From positions 256,001-320,000 of the forward strand of contig CBDCCI010000002.1 of assembly GCA_965214705.1 (NCBI GenBank): DNA of 64,000 bases, given 5' to 3'. Shown here in pieces: positions 1 to 10,934 of this stretch. Below the pieces are notes generated by a model. The model did no database searches and had not been told where the DNA came from. It saw only the letters and a program-made list of their open reading frames with translations. The translations under genes were made by a program, and so were the position numbers. Each line of letters opens with the position of its first letter. Positions within the stretch are counted from its first letter, which is position 1. Origin of the DNA: Alphaproteobacteria bacterium (GTDB taxonomy: Bacteria; Pseudomonadota; Alphaproteobacteria; UBA828).

Positions 1-27
1 AGCGCGCTCGTCGGCGCGAAGGCATCG

Positions 28-1728
28 GTGGCGGCGATCGTCGCGTTCCTCGCGCTGTTCTGGGTCCGGGGCCGCCAGCTCAACCGGGCCAAATGGCTGC
101 GCGGCGCCGAGCTTGCGAGCGTTGGCGAACTCGCCCGCCGGGTCCGGCCGCTGCATGTGCGCGCGCGCGACGCCGCGTTGAAAAGGCCCGCGCCCTACCG
201 CATCGCTGGCGTGCACTTCCCGGATAGGGCCGAGACCCGGCATACCATCGTCTCGGGCACCACCGGATCGGGCAAGACCGTGCTGATCTCCGATCTCGTC
301 GCCCAGATCCGCGAGCGTGGCGAGCGCTGCGTCCTCTACGACAAGATGGGGAGCTACACGCGGTCGTTCTTCGATCCGGACCGCGACGTGCTGCTCAATC
401 CGCTCGATGCCAGGTCGCCCCGCTGGTCGCCGTTCTACGAGGCGGCAACCCCACGCGACTTCGACACGATGGCGGCGGCGCTCATCCCCCAGCAGAAGGA
501 CACCGTCGACCCCTTCTGGGTCACCGCCGCACGCCAGCTCTTCGCCAACGGCGCGGGCGTGCTGAGCGACCGCGGCGTCACGGAGAACAGTGTGCTGGTC
601 GAGCACCTGCTCAAGACCGAGCTCACGGCCCTGGCGCAAGCGATGGAAGGCACCGTCGCGCAGTCGATCGTCGATCCCGAGAACCCGAAGACCGCGCTCA
701 GCGTCCGCGCCATGCTCACCGCCCATCTCGGCGCGCTCGAGGTGCTGCCCGACGACGGAACCCCGTTCTCGATCCGCGACTGGATCGCCGGCGACGAGCG
801 CGGCGGCCACCGAGGTGGCTTCCTGTTCCTCACCTCGCGCGGCGACCAGCACGCCAGCCTGCGCGGCCTCATCTCCACCTGGCTCGAGATCGCGGTCAAC
901 GCGCTGCTCTCCCTCGACCAGGACGACGGCCGCCGGGTCTGGATCGTGCTCGACGAGCTCCCCACCCTGCACCAGGTGCCCTCGCTCCAGCCGGGGCTCG
1001 CCGAATCGCGCCAGTTCGGCGGCTGCTTCGTGCTCGGCATCCAGGTGGTCTCCGCGCTCCGCGACCTCTACGGCCGGAACGGCGCCGAGACCATATCCGG
1101 ACTGTGCGGCACCCGCGTGGTGCTGTCGGCGCCGGACGAAGACACCGCCAGATGGTCAGCGGCGTCGCTGGGGCGCGCCGAGGTCGAGGAAGCGGTGGAG
1201 GGCTTCTCCTATGGCGCCAACACCATCCGCGACGGGGTCTCGCTCACGCCGAAGCGCGAGCTGCGGCCTCTGGCGCTCGCCTCCGAGATCATGCAGCTGC
1301 CGGCGTTGCACGGCTATCTCCGCTTCCCCGGCCCTCTCCCGGCCGCGCGCATCGCGCTCGATTACGTCGCGCGGACGAAGGCAGCCGAGCGGTTTGTGGC
1401 GCGCCGCGAAGCTTCCGGGGCCGGGCCGGAGAAGGACCCCGCCATCCGCGACCCGGACGGGAGCCGTCGGGACGACGGACCGGCGGAAAACGGCGCGCCC
1501 GGCGAGCCCGAATGGTACGAGGCGGCGGACGAAGCCGCGGCCGGCCCGTCGAAGGCGTCGCCCGGTCATGCCACGGCGTCGGACGAGGATTCCGCCGCCT
1601 CGCGCGAAGGGGCGGACACGGACGGGCCGGCGTCTCCCGACACGGGGGCGGCTTCGGATGGGGAGCAGGCCGAGCCGTCCGAGGGCGAAGAGACGGGGCA
1701 GCCCGGCTCCGGCGGCATCACGATCTGA
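28..1728 (+). CDS. traD: Type IV coupling protein (TraD/TrwB family), probably 5'-truncated by the window edge
   Basis: Walker A GTTGSGKT, YDKMG, WSPF, Walker B LDELPTL, acidic tail; directly upstream of the relaxase. Confidence 0.92.
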   Translation: MAAIVAFLALFWVRGRQLNRAKWLRGAELASVGELARRVRPLHVRARDAALKRPAPYRIAGVHFPDRAETRHTIVSGTTGSGKTVLISDLVAQIRERGERCVLYDKMGSYTRSFFDPDRDVLLNPLDARSPRWSPFYEAATPRDFDTMAAALIPQQKDTVDPFWVTAARQLFANGAGVLSDRGVTENSVLVEHLLKTELTALAQAMEGTVAQSIVDPENPKTALSVRAMLTAHLGALEVLPDDGTPFSIRDWIAGDERGGHRGGFLFLTSRGDQHASLRGLISTWLEIAVNALLSLDQDDGRRVWIVLDELPTLHQVPSLQPGLAESRQFGGCFVLGIQVVSALRDLYGRNGAETISGLCGTRVVLSAPDEDTARWSAASLGRAEVEEAVEGFSYGANTIRDGVSLTPKRELRPLALASEIMQLPALHGYLRFPGPLPAARIALDYVARTKAAERFVARREASGAGPEKDPAIRDPDGSRRDDGPAENGAPGEPEWYEAADEAAAGPSKASPGHATASDEDSAASREGADTDGPASPDTGAASDGEQAEPSEGEETGQPGSGGITI

Positions 1729-1729
1729 C

Positions 1730-4696
1730 ATGGTGGCCTCCATCGGGGCCGTCGCCGCGCCGGCGCAGGGGGCCTCCTACTACGAACGCGACGGCTACTA
1801 CGCGAAGGACTCTGTCGAGCACCGCCAAGCCAGCGCCTGGGCCGGAAAGGGCGCAGTCGAACTCGGCCTTGAAGGTCCCGTGGACCCGGAAACGTTCCGC
1901 GCGGTGCTCGAAGGCCATGTGCCGGACGGCAGCGGAAAGCGGCTGGGGCGCCGGGGCAAGGACGGGGATATCCACCACCGTCCCGGCCGCGACCTGACCT
2001 TCAGCGCGCCCAAGTCCGTATCCCTGGCGGCGCTGGTCGGCGGCGATGCGCGGGTCATCGACGCGCACGATCGGGCCGTCGGCTGCGCGCTCGACTGGTT
2101 CGAGCGGAACGTCGCCGAGACCCGGATGAAGGACCCCGAGACCGGGCGCATGGTCCGCACGGGGAACCAGAAGACCGTGATCGCCACCTTCCGCCATGAC
2201 TCGTCCAGGAATCTCGATCCCGCCCTGCACACCCATTCGGTCATCGCCAACATGGTGCAGGGCGAAGACGGCAAGTGGCGCTCGATGGCGAACGAGCGGC
2301 TCTACGCATCGAAGATGCTGCTCGGCGCGCTCTACCGCAACGAGCTCGCCGGCGAACTCGCGAAGCTCGGATACGGCATCGAGAAGACCCACGCCGACGG
2401 AAGGTTCGAGGTCGCCGGGGTCTCGCGCGACGTCATCGAGGCCTTCTCCACGCGCCGCGCCGAGATCGAGGCGGCGGTCGCTGAGCGCGGAGGCGGCGGG
2501 ACCGCGGACAACCAGCGGCTTGCGCAGCGCGCGGCGCTGATGACGCGCGCAGCCAAGCGCGACGTCGACCGCGAGGCGCTCAGGGTGATGTGGGAGAAGC
2601 AAGCCGGGGCGCTCGGGCTGGACGTGAAGGCGCTGGCGGCGGACGCCCTCTCCAGGGAGGCCGGCAGGGGCGCCGGGAAAGAGGCCGAAGGGGCGATGGC
2701 GGCCGGTCCGGCCGCGGGGAACGGCGCCATGCCCGGCACCGGCGGCGCCGTGGAAGCGGACTCCGCGGCTCGGGCGGGCGCGCCGGCATCGCCGGCGGCC
2801 GCGGCGATGGAATGGGCGGTGGCGCATCTCTCCGAGCGCGAGGCCGTGTTCGCGCGCACCGACTTGCTCGCCGCCGCGCTCGGCTTCAGCCCGGGCGCGG
2901 CGGCGATCGGCGACATCGAGCGCGAGGTCGCGGCGTTGGAGAAGGCCGGGTCGCTGCACGCCGCCCGCCTGCCGGGTCTGGAAGACGCACTCACCACCGA
3001 CCGCGCGGTGGCCGATGAGAAGGAGACGATCTCTCTGGTGGAGCGCGGACAGGGACGCGGCGCCGTCCCGATGCGCGCCCGCGCCGTCGACAAGGCGCTG
3101 CGCAACGGACCGCTCACCCACGGCCAGAAGGAGGCGGTCAGGCTCATACTCGCCGCGAAGGACCGCACCGTCGGCGTCCAGGGCTATGCCGGCACGGGCA
3201 AGACCACCATGCTGAAGCGCGCCCGCGCGCTCATGGAGAAGAAGGGTTACGAGGTGAAGGGCCTCGCGCCCTCGGCCTCCGCTGCACGCACGCTCGAAGC
3301 CGAGGCCGGCATCGCGAGCGAGACCCTCCAGCGCTTTCTCGCCCGCAACGCCGGTGTCGCCGAAGGGCGCATGTCGAGAAAGGGCGCGCGCGAGATGCGC
3401 GCCGCATACCGAAAGACGGCGCTGGTGGTCGACGAGGGCTCCCTCGCCTCCACCGTCCAGGCCCGGGACCTGCTCAGGATCGCCGATACGCTCCGCATCC
3501 CCCGCGTGGTGCTGGTGGGCGATGCGAAGCAGCTCGACGCCGTCGATGCCGGCAAACCCTTCGCCCAGCTCCAGCAGGCGGGCATGAAGACCGCCGTGAT
3601 GGACGAGATCATGCGCCAGCGCGACCCCGCCCTGAAGGAAGCGGTCGAGGCGAGCCTCGCGGGCGACGTCGGACGCGCTTTCGAGAAGCTCGGCGGCAAC
3701 GTGGCGGAGGTCAAAGCCGACAACCTCGCCGGTGCCGCCGCAGCGCGCTGGCTCGCGCTGTCTGCCGACGAGCGCGCGGGGACCGGGCTGATGGCCCCGA
3801 GCCACGGCCTGCGCGAGCGCATCAACGAGATCGTCCGCGAGCGCCTGGTGCGCGACGGTACCGTGCACGGCCCCGCCATGAACGCCGAGCGGCTGGTCAG
3901 CCACGGCTACACCAACGCCGAGAAGACCCTCGCCGCCAACTACGCGCCCGGCGATGTCGTGGCCTTCCACCGCCCCTACAAACGGCTCGGCGTGGACAAG
4001 GGCGACGAGCTGCGCGTCCTCGGCGTCGACCGCAAGGCGCACACCGTGGCTCTGGAAGGAAAGGACGGCCGGGCGGTGGATTGGAACCCCAACCGCCTCG
4101 CCGCCCGCACCGACGGCGTCGAGGTCTACCGGGCCGAGGAGATCGAGCTCCGGGCCGGAGACCGCATCCGGTGGACCCGCAACGATATGGGCCTCGGCCT
4201 CGTCAACTCCGGAATCGCCGAGGTCGCGAAGGTCGCCGGCGGCAGGGTCGCCTTCCGCCTGGAGGACGGGCGCATGCTCGATCTCGCGACGGGCGATCCG
4301 CAGCTCCGCCACATCGACCGCGCCTGGGCGTCCACCGTGCACGCGTTCCAGGGCAGGACGGTCGATAACGTCATCGCCGCGATGGAGGCGAACCATCCCC
4401 ACCTGACCACGCTCAAGAGCTTCTACGTCGAGGTTTCCCGCGCACGCGACCGCGCCGAGCTCGTCACCGACGACAGGGAAGCGCTGAAGGAACGGCTCGA
4501 AGTCGTAACCGGCGAGCGCATCGCCGCGCTCGAAGCGGTCGAGCCGGAGCGGGAGAAGGGTCGGAAGGCGGAATTGGAGGCGGGCGCGGGCCGCGAGAGG
4601 GATACATCGGCATCGCAGGAGCGGCATAAGTCGCTGGAGACGGCATTGGAGCAGACCCGAGCGGCGAAGAGCGTCGACCGCCATCTCGGGCTGTAG
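1730..4696 (+). CDS. trwC: MOBF conjugative relaxase-helicase (TrwC/TraI)
   Basis: ATG 1730 (MVASIG); YYERDGYY, DLTFSAPKSVS, HUH motif HDSSRNLDPALHTH; helicase motifs GYAGTGKTT, VDEGS, GDAKQL, TVHAFQG. Confidence 0.95.
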   Translation: MVASIGAVAAPAQGASYYERDGYYAKDSVEHRQASAWAGKGAVELGLEGPVDPETFRAVLEGHVPDGSGKRLGRRGKDGDIHHRPGRDLTFSAPKSVSLAALVGGDARVIDAHDRAVGCALDWFERNVAETRMKDPETGRMVRTGNQKTVIATFRHDSSRNLDPALHTHSVIANMVQGEDGKWRSMANERLYASKMLLGALYRNELAGELAKLGYGIEKTHADGRFEVAGVSRDVIEAFSTRRAEIEAAVAERGGGGTADNQRLAQRAALMTRAAKRDVDREALRVMWEKQAGALGLDVKALAADALSREAGRGAGKEAEGAMAAGPAAGNGAMPGTGGAVEADSAARAGAPASPAAAAMEWAVAHLSEREAVFARTDLLAAALGFSPGAAAIGDIEREVAALEKAGSLHAARLPGLEDALTTDRAVADEKETISLVERGQGRGAVPMRARAVDKALRNGPLTHGQKEAVRLILAAKDRTVGVQGYAGTGKTTMLKRARALMEKKGYEVKGLAPSASAARTLEAEAGIASETLQRFLARNAGVAEGRMSRKGAREMRAAYRKTALVVDEGSLASTVQARDLLRIADTLRIPRVVLVGDAKQLDAVDAGKPFAQLQQAGMKTAVMDEIMRQRDPALKEAVEASLAGDVGRAFEKLGGNVAEVKADNLAGAAAARWLALSADERAGTGLMAPSHGLRERINEIVRERLVRDGTVHGPAMNAERLVSHGYTNAEKTLAANYAPGDVVAFHRPYKRLGVDKGDELRVLGVDRKAHTVALEGKDGRAVDWNPNRLAARTDGVEVYRAEEIELRAGDRIRWTRNDMGLGLVNSGIAEVAKVAGGRVAFRLEDGRMLDLATGDPQLRHIDRAWASTVHAFQGRTVDNVIAAMEANHPHLTTLKSFYVEVSRARDRAELVTDDREALKERLEVVTGERIAALEAVEPEREKGRKAELEAGAGRERDTSASQERHKSLETALEQTRAAKSVDRHLGL

Positions 4697-5203
4697 AGTT
4701 GAGCCGCGCAGCAGCAAGGGCGCATGTCCACCGCAGGACGACCGGATTGACATTCGTCGCACGCGTTCGCAGAAGCAACCGATGCGCACGGTCAACGAAG
4801 TCGCCGCAGTGGCGCTCGGCGCACCGGGCTACAGTCAGCTGAGTACGATGCGTGCGCGTGCCAGCGCCCTCGACGGACATCCATTGCAAGGGCAAGCGAT
4901 GGGAAACACCAGTGATCGGGATACCTGCGATCGGGATACCTTGACACTGCCGGGCCAGGGCAAATTTGTCCAAGCGGCTGGTAGGCAGTTGAGTTCTGGC
5001 CACGGGTTGTGCGGATCGGCTTTGTTGCGGGGTTTGCGGCGGGGTCTGGCCGAGCATCCGGTTCGGTCAGAGGGTTCTGGCATTACCGTGTGGGCGGTGC
5101 CGTCGCGATTTGGCGGTGCCCCGACATGATGGATCGCGCCACCGGCGTGGTCGGGAGCGAGGGCAGGTACGATCTTTGCGCCCGGCTTGCCGGGCGCCGG
5201 GGT

Positions 5204-5954
5204 TCAGGCCGGCGCGGCGCGCTTTGCGGTCCTCGGCTGGGTGTTCCCGGTCATTTTCAGGAAGTCGAGGACGGCGCGGACGTTGCGGGCGAGCCTGCGC
5301 ACGGTCGAGGCGACCTCGAGCCCCCGGCCCTTGATCAGGCCGATGGCGAAGCGCCGCAGGCGGGTCATGTTCTCGGGGCCGAAGCCTGTGCGTATGCGGC
5401 TGCGGTCCTCGTCCCAGGTCCAGTCGAGGCAGTGGTGCGAGCTGTTCTCGATGCACCAGTGGCCGCGGTTGAGGGCGAGCAGGCTCTGCGCGTTGGCCGT
5501 GCCGGGCGTGTGGCTGGAGATCCCGTAGGCGGTCTCGGTGCCGGTCTCGCCGGTCTTCTTGTCCTGGCGGGAGCGCTCGATCATGAAGACCTGGCCGACG
5601 CCCGGGAAGTCGAGAAAGCCGTTCAACTCCGTGCTCGTCCAGATTGCCCGCTGCTCGATGCGTCCGTGCGACAGCGCGGCCTCCTCCTCGAAGTCGGGCT
5701 CACGCTCCGGCGCCTCTTCGAAGAGCAGCGTCACATCGTCCCGCATGGTCTTCTGGTTCCCTTTCACGATGAACATGAAGTGCGCGCCCCGGTCGAGCAG
5801 ATAGCGGGCGAACTTGCGCTGGGTTAGCAGCGCGTCCGTCGTGACCGTCTTGCCCGCGATGTTCGGGATCAGGTCCACCAGCGCCGTCACGGTGCCGATC
5901 TCGTTGGTGCGCTTTGTCTCCTCGTCGGCCCCGACTTTCAGGAGAAGTTTTTTT
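5204..5954 (-). CDS. ISAs1 transposase C-terminal part, reached by frameshift at an A7 run
   Basis: KRTNEI, TTDALLTQ, VKGNQ, HGRIEQR, RGHWCIEN, WDEDRSRIR in the shifted frame. Confidence 0.85.
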
Positions 5955-7122
5955 GGGCGAGCGTGGCCTTGGTCTCGTGCCCGACCGCGCTCATGACATG
6001 AGCCTGGGTCCCGTCCTCGTCGATGGCCCCCCTCAGGGTCTTGCCGTCGATGGCAAGCGCCGCGTCGCCTGAGCCGTGGGCCTCCTGCCACTTGCGCAAC
6101 GCCTCGTCCAACTGGTCCGGGTCCACCCGGATCACCACATTGCGGATGGTCGACATCGAAGGCGGCCGGCGCACCCCGTCGCGCAGCCGCACGCCGAAGC
6201 GGGCCAGCGCCTTCTCGCCGAGATCGTCGACCCACTCGGAGATGGCCTTCCAGCCTCGCATGCCGCAGAGCGTCGCGCCACTCGCAAGCGCGAGCACGCT
6301 GGGCAGCGAATGCCGCCGTCCCTTGCGCGTGCGGGGGTCGTCGATGTCCTTGAAGTAGGCGTAGAGCGACTCTTGCTGAGCGGCGCTGATCATGGTTCTC
6401 GGAACTCCTTTCTTCCACAACTCCCGATCCAGCCCGGCAGCGGACAGCCGGCGGCAGGCGTCGGGAACCAGGGGGCGCAGCAGCACAAGCTTCGGCGTCG
6501 AGCCGGCGACATAGCCCGAGCGGTGGCGCCGGAAGCCGCGGGTCTGGCCGACCGCCAGCCATCCAGCCGCCCGGTAGACCGTGCCCCGGAACCTCGCCGC
6601 GTCCACGAATGTTTCCAGCATCAGCACGGGGTGGCCGAAGCGGGCCGGCCAGTCGCGCGCCAAGCGCCGCGCGCAAAGCCCCAGCACCCGCGAGCCGAGG
6701 TTCGGAACACCCCGTCCCGGCAGGATCAGGAAGCGCGCGTTGTTCGCGATCAGATGCAGCCGCCCGTGCTGCGTGCGGAAGTCCCAGCCGATCCACTCGT
6801 CCCGCGCCCGGCACTTGCGCGCCGCAGCCGAAAACACGGCCAGCGCCAGCCACTCGCCGCGCCGATGGGCGACGTACCACGCCGTCGCCCCCACCTTCGC
6901 AGACGCACCCAGGTAGTGATGCCCCTCCATCAGCGCGCGGAACCGGGCCTCGTCCTGCGGCCGGACAGCAGCGACATCGACCTCGGAAAGATCCACCGTA
7001 GAAACCGTCCCCCTGCTCGAAGCCGATCCGCAGCAGAACACCGCGAATCCAGTCGCCTCAATCCATAGCAGGGTTGGCGCGCGCTGACCAGACCCAAGGT
7101 CAACTCGTAGCGCAGAACTCAA
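5938..7122 (-). CDS. DUF4338 (DruA/Mom-like) domain fused to ISAs1 transposase N-terminus; true start probably near 7000
   Basis: HHYLG, RDEWIGW, NNARFLIL, LETFVD...GTVYRAAGW...G-TRG; then DDPR...RHSL and IDGKTLRG. Confidence 0.85.
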   Translation of the reverse strand: MSSALRVDLGSGQRAPTLLWIEATGFAVFCCGSASSRGTVSTVDLSEVDVAAVRPQDEARFRALMEGHHYLGASAKVGATAWYVAHRRGEWLALAVFSAAARKCRARDEWIGWDFRTQHGRLHLIANNARFLILPGRGVPNLGSRVLGLCARRLARDWPARFGHPVLMLETFVDAARFRGTVYRAAGWLAVGQTRGFRRHRSGYVAGSTPKLVLLRPLVPDACRRLSAAGLDRELWKKGVPRTMISAAQQESLYAYFKDIDDPRTRKGRRHSLPSVLALASGATLCGMRGWKAISEWVDDLGEKALARFGVRLRDGVRRPPSMSTIRNVVIRVDPDQLDEALRKWQEAHGSGDAALAIDGKTLRGAIDEDGTQAHVMSAVGHETKATLAQKNFS

Positions 7123-7255
7123 AAATCAGGCTTGGACAAATTCGCCCTGCTGCCGGGGCAAAGACATATCTTCCCTCGCGAGGCGCAGGCATGTCTTGCC
7201 CTCTTTCCGAGGCCCGCGTTCCGGCGCGGGCTTTCGTGTTTCTGGAGGCCGGACG

Positions 7256-7406
7256 GTGACGTTGTTCGCCTATCTCGACGAGTTCGGACACGTCGGCCCT
7301 TACGTTGCTCGCCAGGACCCCAGATACAAGGAGAGCCCGTTGTTCGGACTGGCGGGCTTCGTCCTTCCGGCGGAAGCGGTACGGGGTTTCGGGACTTGGT
7401 TCTTTC
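7256..7406 (+). pseudogene. DUF3800 family protein, 5' part, interrupted by IS66
   Basis: GTG start, LFAYLDEFGH...FGLAG motif; rejoins in frame with 30328-30920 (248 codons in total). Confidence 0.8.
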
Positions 7407-7496
7407 GTAAGCGGTATCGAGGCCCCATACTTCCAACGCATCTGATTTCGCGGCTGACTCTTGGCCTTGGCAAGGAGCCTTGGAGGAGGCATCGCG

Positions 7497-8099
7497 ATGA
7501 AGGATTTGGATTTTCTGCGTGGCCACGAGTTCGGCGGTCACTCGGTCGAGGCGCGAGCGCCTGAAGAGGCCGCCCCATCTGCCGCAGCCCCATCTACGGC
7601 AACTGTTCCGGCTGATCACACTCGGCGGTCATGGTCCGCCGAGGAGAAGGCACGGATCGTCGCGGAGAGCGACGGGCCGGGAGTTGTGCAGAAGGAGGTC
7701 GCGGCTCGCCACGGCATCAGCGCACAAACTCTTCGTCAGTGGCGCAGTCGGTCAGCGGCTTCCGGGAAGCGGCGTGGCCGGCCTTGGCCGGCTGATGTGA
7801 GGGCGCGGATTGTTGCGGAGAGCGAGCGCCCGGATGCATCGATATCGGCAGTTGCCCGCCGTCACGGCATCAGCGAGAAGACGCTGCGCACCTGGCGTCG
7901 CCAGGCGGCGAGTGACGCTGGTGGCGATCGGCAGGGAGCCGGGTCTTCGCCCCCCTATATTCCGGTTGTAGTTGACGGGTCTGCGTCCGAGCGGACGGTC
8001 GCGATTGAGGCGCTGGGCGTCGTCGTTCGCCTTCCGGTGGAGAGCGCGGTCGATCGGATCGTGGCTGTGGCCTCGGGCCTGGGTCGTGCGTCGTCATGA
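7497..8099 (+). CDS. tnpA: IS66 accessory protein TnpA (two HTH repeats)
   Basis: Two units of R-W---K/RARIVAES....VA-RHGIS---L--WR. Confidence 0.88.
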   Translation: MKDLDFLRGHEFGGHSVEARAPEEAAPSAAAPSTATVPADHTRRSWSAEEKARIVAESDGPGVVQKEVAARHGISAQTLRQWRSRSAASGKRRGRPWPADVRARIVAESERPDASISAVARRHGISEKTLRTWRRQAASDAGGDRQGAGSSPPYIPVVVDGSASERTVAIEALGVVVRLPVESAVDRIVAVASGLGRASS

Positions 8100-8446
8100 T
8101 CGCGGTGCCCTCGCTTCGCATCGTGTTGGCGGCGCGGCCGGTTGATTTTCGTCGCGGCCACGACGCGCTTGCGGCGACGGCGGCGAGGGAGCTGGACCTC
8201 GATATCTATTCCGGGGTGATCGTGATCTTCCGCTCGCGCCGCGGCGACAGGCTCAAGCTTCTCACCTGGGACGGGACCGGTCTGGTGATGACCTACAAGC
8301 GTCTGGAGCAAGGCCGCTTCGCCTGGCCCCGGATCGAGGACGGTGTGATTCGCCTTACGAAGGGCCAGTTCGAGGCTCTCTTCGAGGGCCTCGACTGGCG
8401 CCGGGTGAAGGCCCGCCCGGTTCGCCGCCCGCTGGCGGCGGAGTGA
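8096..8446 (+). CDS. tnpB: IS66 accessory protein TnpB
   Basis: PVDFRRGHD, IFRSRRGDRLKLLTWDGTG, KRLEQGRF-WP. Confidence 0.95.
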   Translation: MIAVPSLRIVLAARPVDFRRGHDALAATAARELDLDIYSGVIVIFRSRRGDRLKLLTWDGTGLVMTYKRLEQGRFAWPRIEDGVIRLTKGQFEALFEGLDWRRVKARPVRRPLAAE

Positions 8447-8593
8447 GGCGAGACGCAGGCGGGGCCGCAGATTTTTGTCGAGGTCCCGCCTGCACTTTTC
8501 CCTGGTCACGCATTGGCGAATCGGATTAAGGGAGCGGCCATGCCGAAGGTCACGCCCTCACCCCTCAGCAGCGCCGGTTAGCCGTCGCCTGCG

Positions 8594-9739
8594 GTGGTTT
8601 CGGCGGCGCTGGCGACCCTGCAGGCGGAGCTTGCCGAGGAGCGCGTGGCGCGCCGTGCGACCGAAGCAGCCCTATGCGAAGCGGAGCAGGCACGCGGCGC
8701 GGCGGAGGCGGCGAGGCAGACGGCGGAAGCGCGGGCGGCACGGCTGGAGGCCGAGAACGCGCACAGCGCGGAGCAGATCAGCCGGCTTGAGCATCTCAAC
8801 AAGGAGCTCAGGAAGGCGCTGTTCGGTCCGCGCTCCGAGAAGCTCAACGAGGACGAGCGCCAGCTTACGTTCGAGGAGTTTTGGGCGGCGATCGCTGAAG
8901 CCGGCGGTCGGCCCGAGGCAGATGACCAGGAGCAGGACGAGGGGGCTGGCGGCAAGCGCCGGCGGCGCTCTTCCCGGGGGTCGCGCAGCGGGGTGCGCTT
9001 CGGGCCCCAGGTCGACCGGCGCGAGGAGGTGATCGAGCCGGACACGATCATGTGCCCCTGCGGCTGCGGCGAGATGACGAAGATCGGCGAGGACCGCAGC
9101 GAGCGGCTGGACTATGAGCCGGCGAAGTTCACCGTCATCGAGACCGTGCGCCCCCGCTACGCCTGCAACAAGTGCAAGGGCGGCGGGGTGGTGCAGGCGT
9201 CGGCGCCCGCCGCTCTGGTCGAGGGCGGCCTTCCCACCGAGGCTCTTCTGGCGCAGGTGCTGATCGCGAAGTACGGCGATCATTGCCCGCTCTACCGTCA
9301 GTCGCAGATTTACGAGCGCTCGGGGATCGAGGTTCACCGTGCGACGCTGGCGACCTGGGTGGGGCAGGCGTCGTTTCACCTGCGCCCCGTGGTCGCTTGC
9401 CTGAAGGATGAGCTGAAGAAGTCGGATCACCTGGGTCTGGACGAGACCACGATCCGCGTTCTCGACCCGGGCCGGGGCAAGACGAAGACGGGCTACATGT
9501 GGACCCTTGTGCGCGACGAGCGCCACTGGAGCGGCGCCGACCCGCCGGGCGTTGTCTATCGCTATGAGCCCGGTCGCGGCGGCAAGTATGGCGCCAGGCT
9601 CTTGAAGGGCTTTTCGGGGACGGTGCAGCTCGACGCCTACTCGGGCCACAACATCCTGGCGCGGCCGGACCGGCCCGGCGGCCCCGTGACGCGGGCTCTG
9701 TGCTGGGCGCACGTCAGGCGCAAGCTGAAAGAGGTGTGA
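8594..9739 (+). pseudogene. tnpC: IS66 transposase TnpC, 5' part (interrupted)
   Basis: FGPRSEK, CPCGC/C-KC zinc finger, KYGDHCPLYRQ, LDETT, DAYSG, CWAHVRRK; breaks at the AAAGAGGTGT repeat. Confidence 0.92.
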
Positions 9740-9800
9740 ACCTTATAGTCGCTATTTGCGGTACCATTGCGCTGACGTAGGGTTGCAGTCTTCTCCTGTA

Positions 9801-9820
9801 TCGTTGCTATAATACAACGA
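9801..9820 (+). promoter_or_regulatory. Candidate extended -10 promoter inside an inverted repeat
   Basis: TGcTATAAT (9805-9813) within TCGTTG-N8-CAACGA. Confidence 0.4.
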
Positions 9821-10459
9821 CTTAGGGTCCTTGTCAAGGGCGGATTGGGCCGGATCGAATAACACAGATGTGGATCGTGTGTCGTTGAGGAGTTGCATTT
9901 GGGGATGTCAATATGGAATCAGGCTTGTGACATCGGTGTGGTCCAGTTGGCGCGGAAGCTCGAATCGGTGAGCAACATAGAAACGATATGACATATCCCG
10001 GTCATGAGAACTATCGTAGGCATATTCGTGAATCAACTTCCGGATGCAGGATCCACTGTGTCGCAACCGCTGCAAGCCCTTTCGTGCGGATGGCGGCGAT
10101 GAGGGAGGATGCCAGCGGACGCCGCCAGCGCGCGGTGATGAGACCGATGCGGAGTGGCAACGGATCGGCCGGGCAGCTGCGGCGAGCGGCATGGATCGCG
10201 CTTCGTGATCCATCGCGCGCTGGACCGGGACTCTCTGGGGCCGGAGGTTCTGCGCCGGGCGGTGCGCGAGATGCTGGTGCTGTCCAGGCTGGAGAGGGCG
10301 GCTGCGCGAGACCGGCGCCGGAGAAGACTGGGCAGACGCCTGTGACGCGGTGGACGAATGGATCGACCGGGAGGGCATGCTGGACCGGCTGACCAATCCC
10401 GGCGCGGCGAACCGCTGGAAGGCGGTGGGTCCGGCTGAGGAGGACGGGTAGTGACGGAG

Positions 10460-10640
10460 GAGGCGGGGCGGCCCACCGCCTCCGCCATGCCGACGGATAT
10501 CGTGCCGGGAGCGCAGCCGAGGTCGAGAAGGCGTATGTCGCGCTTGAGGTGCGGCAGCAGATGAGCGGCGTTCACAGCCGCGTTCCTGCGTTCGAGCACT
10601 TTCTGGAATTCGGGGCCGTGACCTCCATTGTGCAGGTGAG
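10460..10640 (-). pseudogene. Class I SAM-dependent methyltransferase fragment
   Basis: AAHLLPHLKRDIRLLDLGCAPGTISVGMAEAV motif I segment with no complete gene. Confidence 0.55.
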
Positions 10641-10934
10641 CCTCGACGCGTCCGGAGTCTCGTTGGGGCCCATCGACAGCTCCCTGTCTGAGTTGCCTCG
10701 GCATTGCTGCGCGCCACCGAATGCACCGAACCGCATCCCGCGGTTGCATGCACCGGCGCGCAGCCGGCGTCGCCAAGCGCTCCCATGTACCCGGCTGCCT
10801 ATAGATGCCGACAGATTCTGCGATCGCAGACGCCTTGGATGGACGAACAAGAAAATGAATTCCGCCTGCATCATGCGACCGGATTTGACGCATCTCTCTG
10901 CCAGACTGCCTCCGCATCACATATGGAGACAGTC

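Larger units (their letters stand above)
4956..7149 (-). mobile_element. ISAs1-family element with DUF4338 fusion (copy A)
   Basis: Terminal IRs CAGGGCAAATTTGTCCAAG / CTTGGACAAATTCGCCCTG; near-perfect TSD ctgccgggc (4947-4955) vs ctgccggggc (7150-7159). Confidence 0.85.

Noticed and set aside
590-1729. N-terminal 380 aa of the 1368-aa ORF
   Set aside because: Off-frame overlap with traD; the relaxase starts at ATG 1730
1718-4795. Long antisense ORFs (also 11313-14261, 26929-29664, 41076-43325, 47611-49944)
   Set aside because: High-GC shadow frames opposite well-supported genes
4915-4942. Tandem 13-bp repeat GATCGGGATACCT
   Set aside because: Only two copies, no array or associated gene
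5938-7122. Druantia defence system
   Set aside because: DUF4338 is inside an IS and no DruE helicase or partner genes are present
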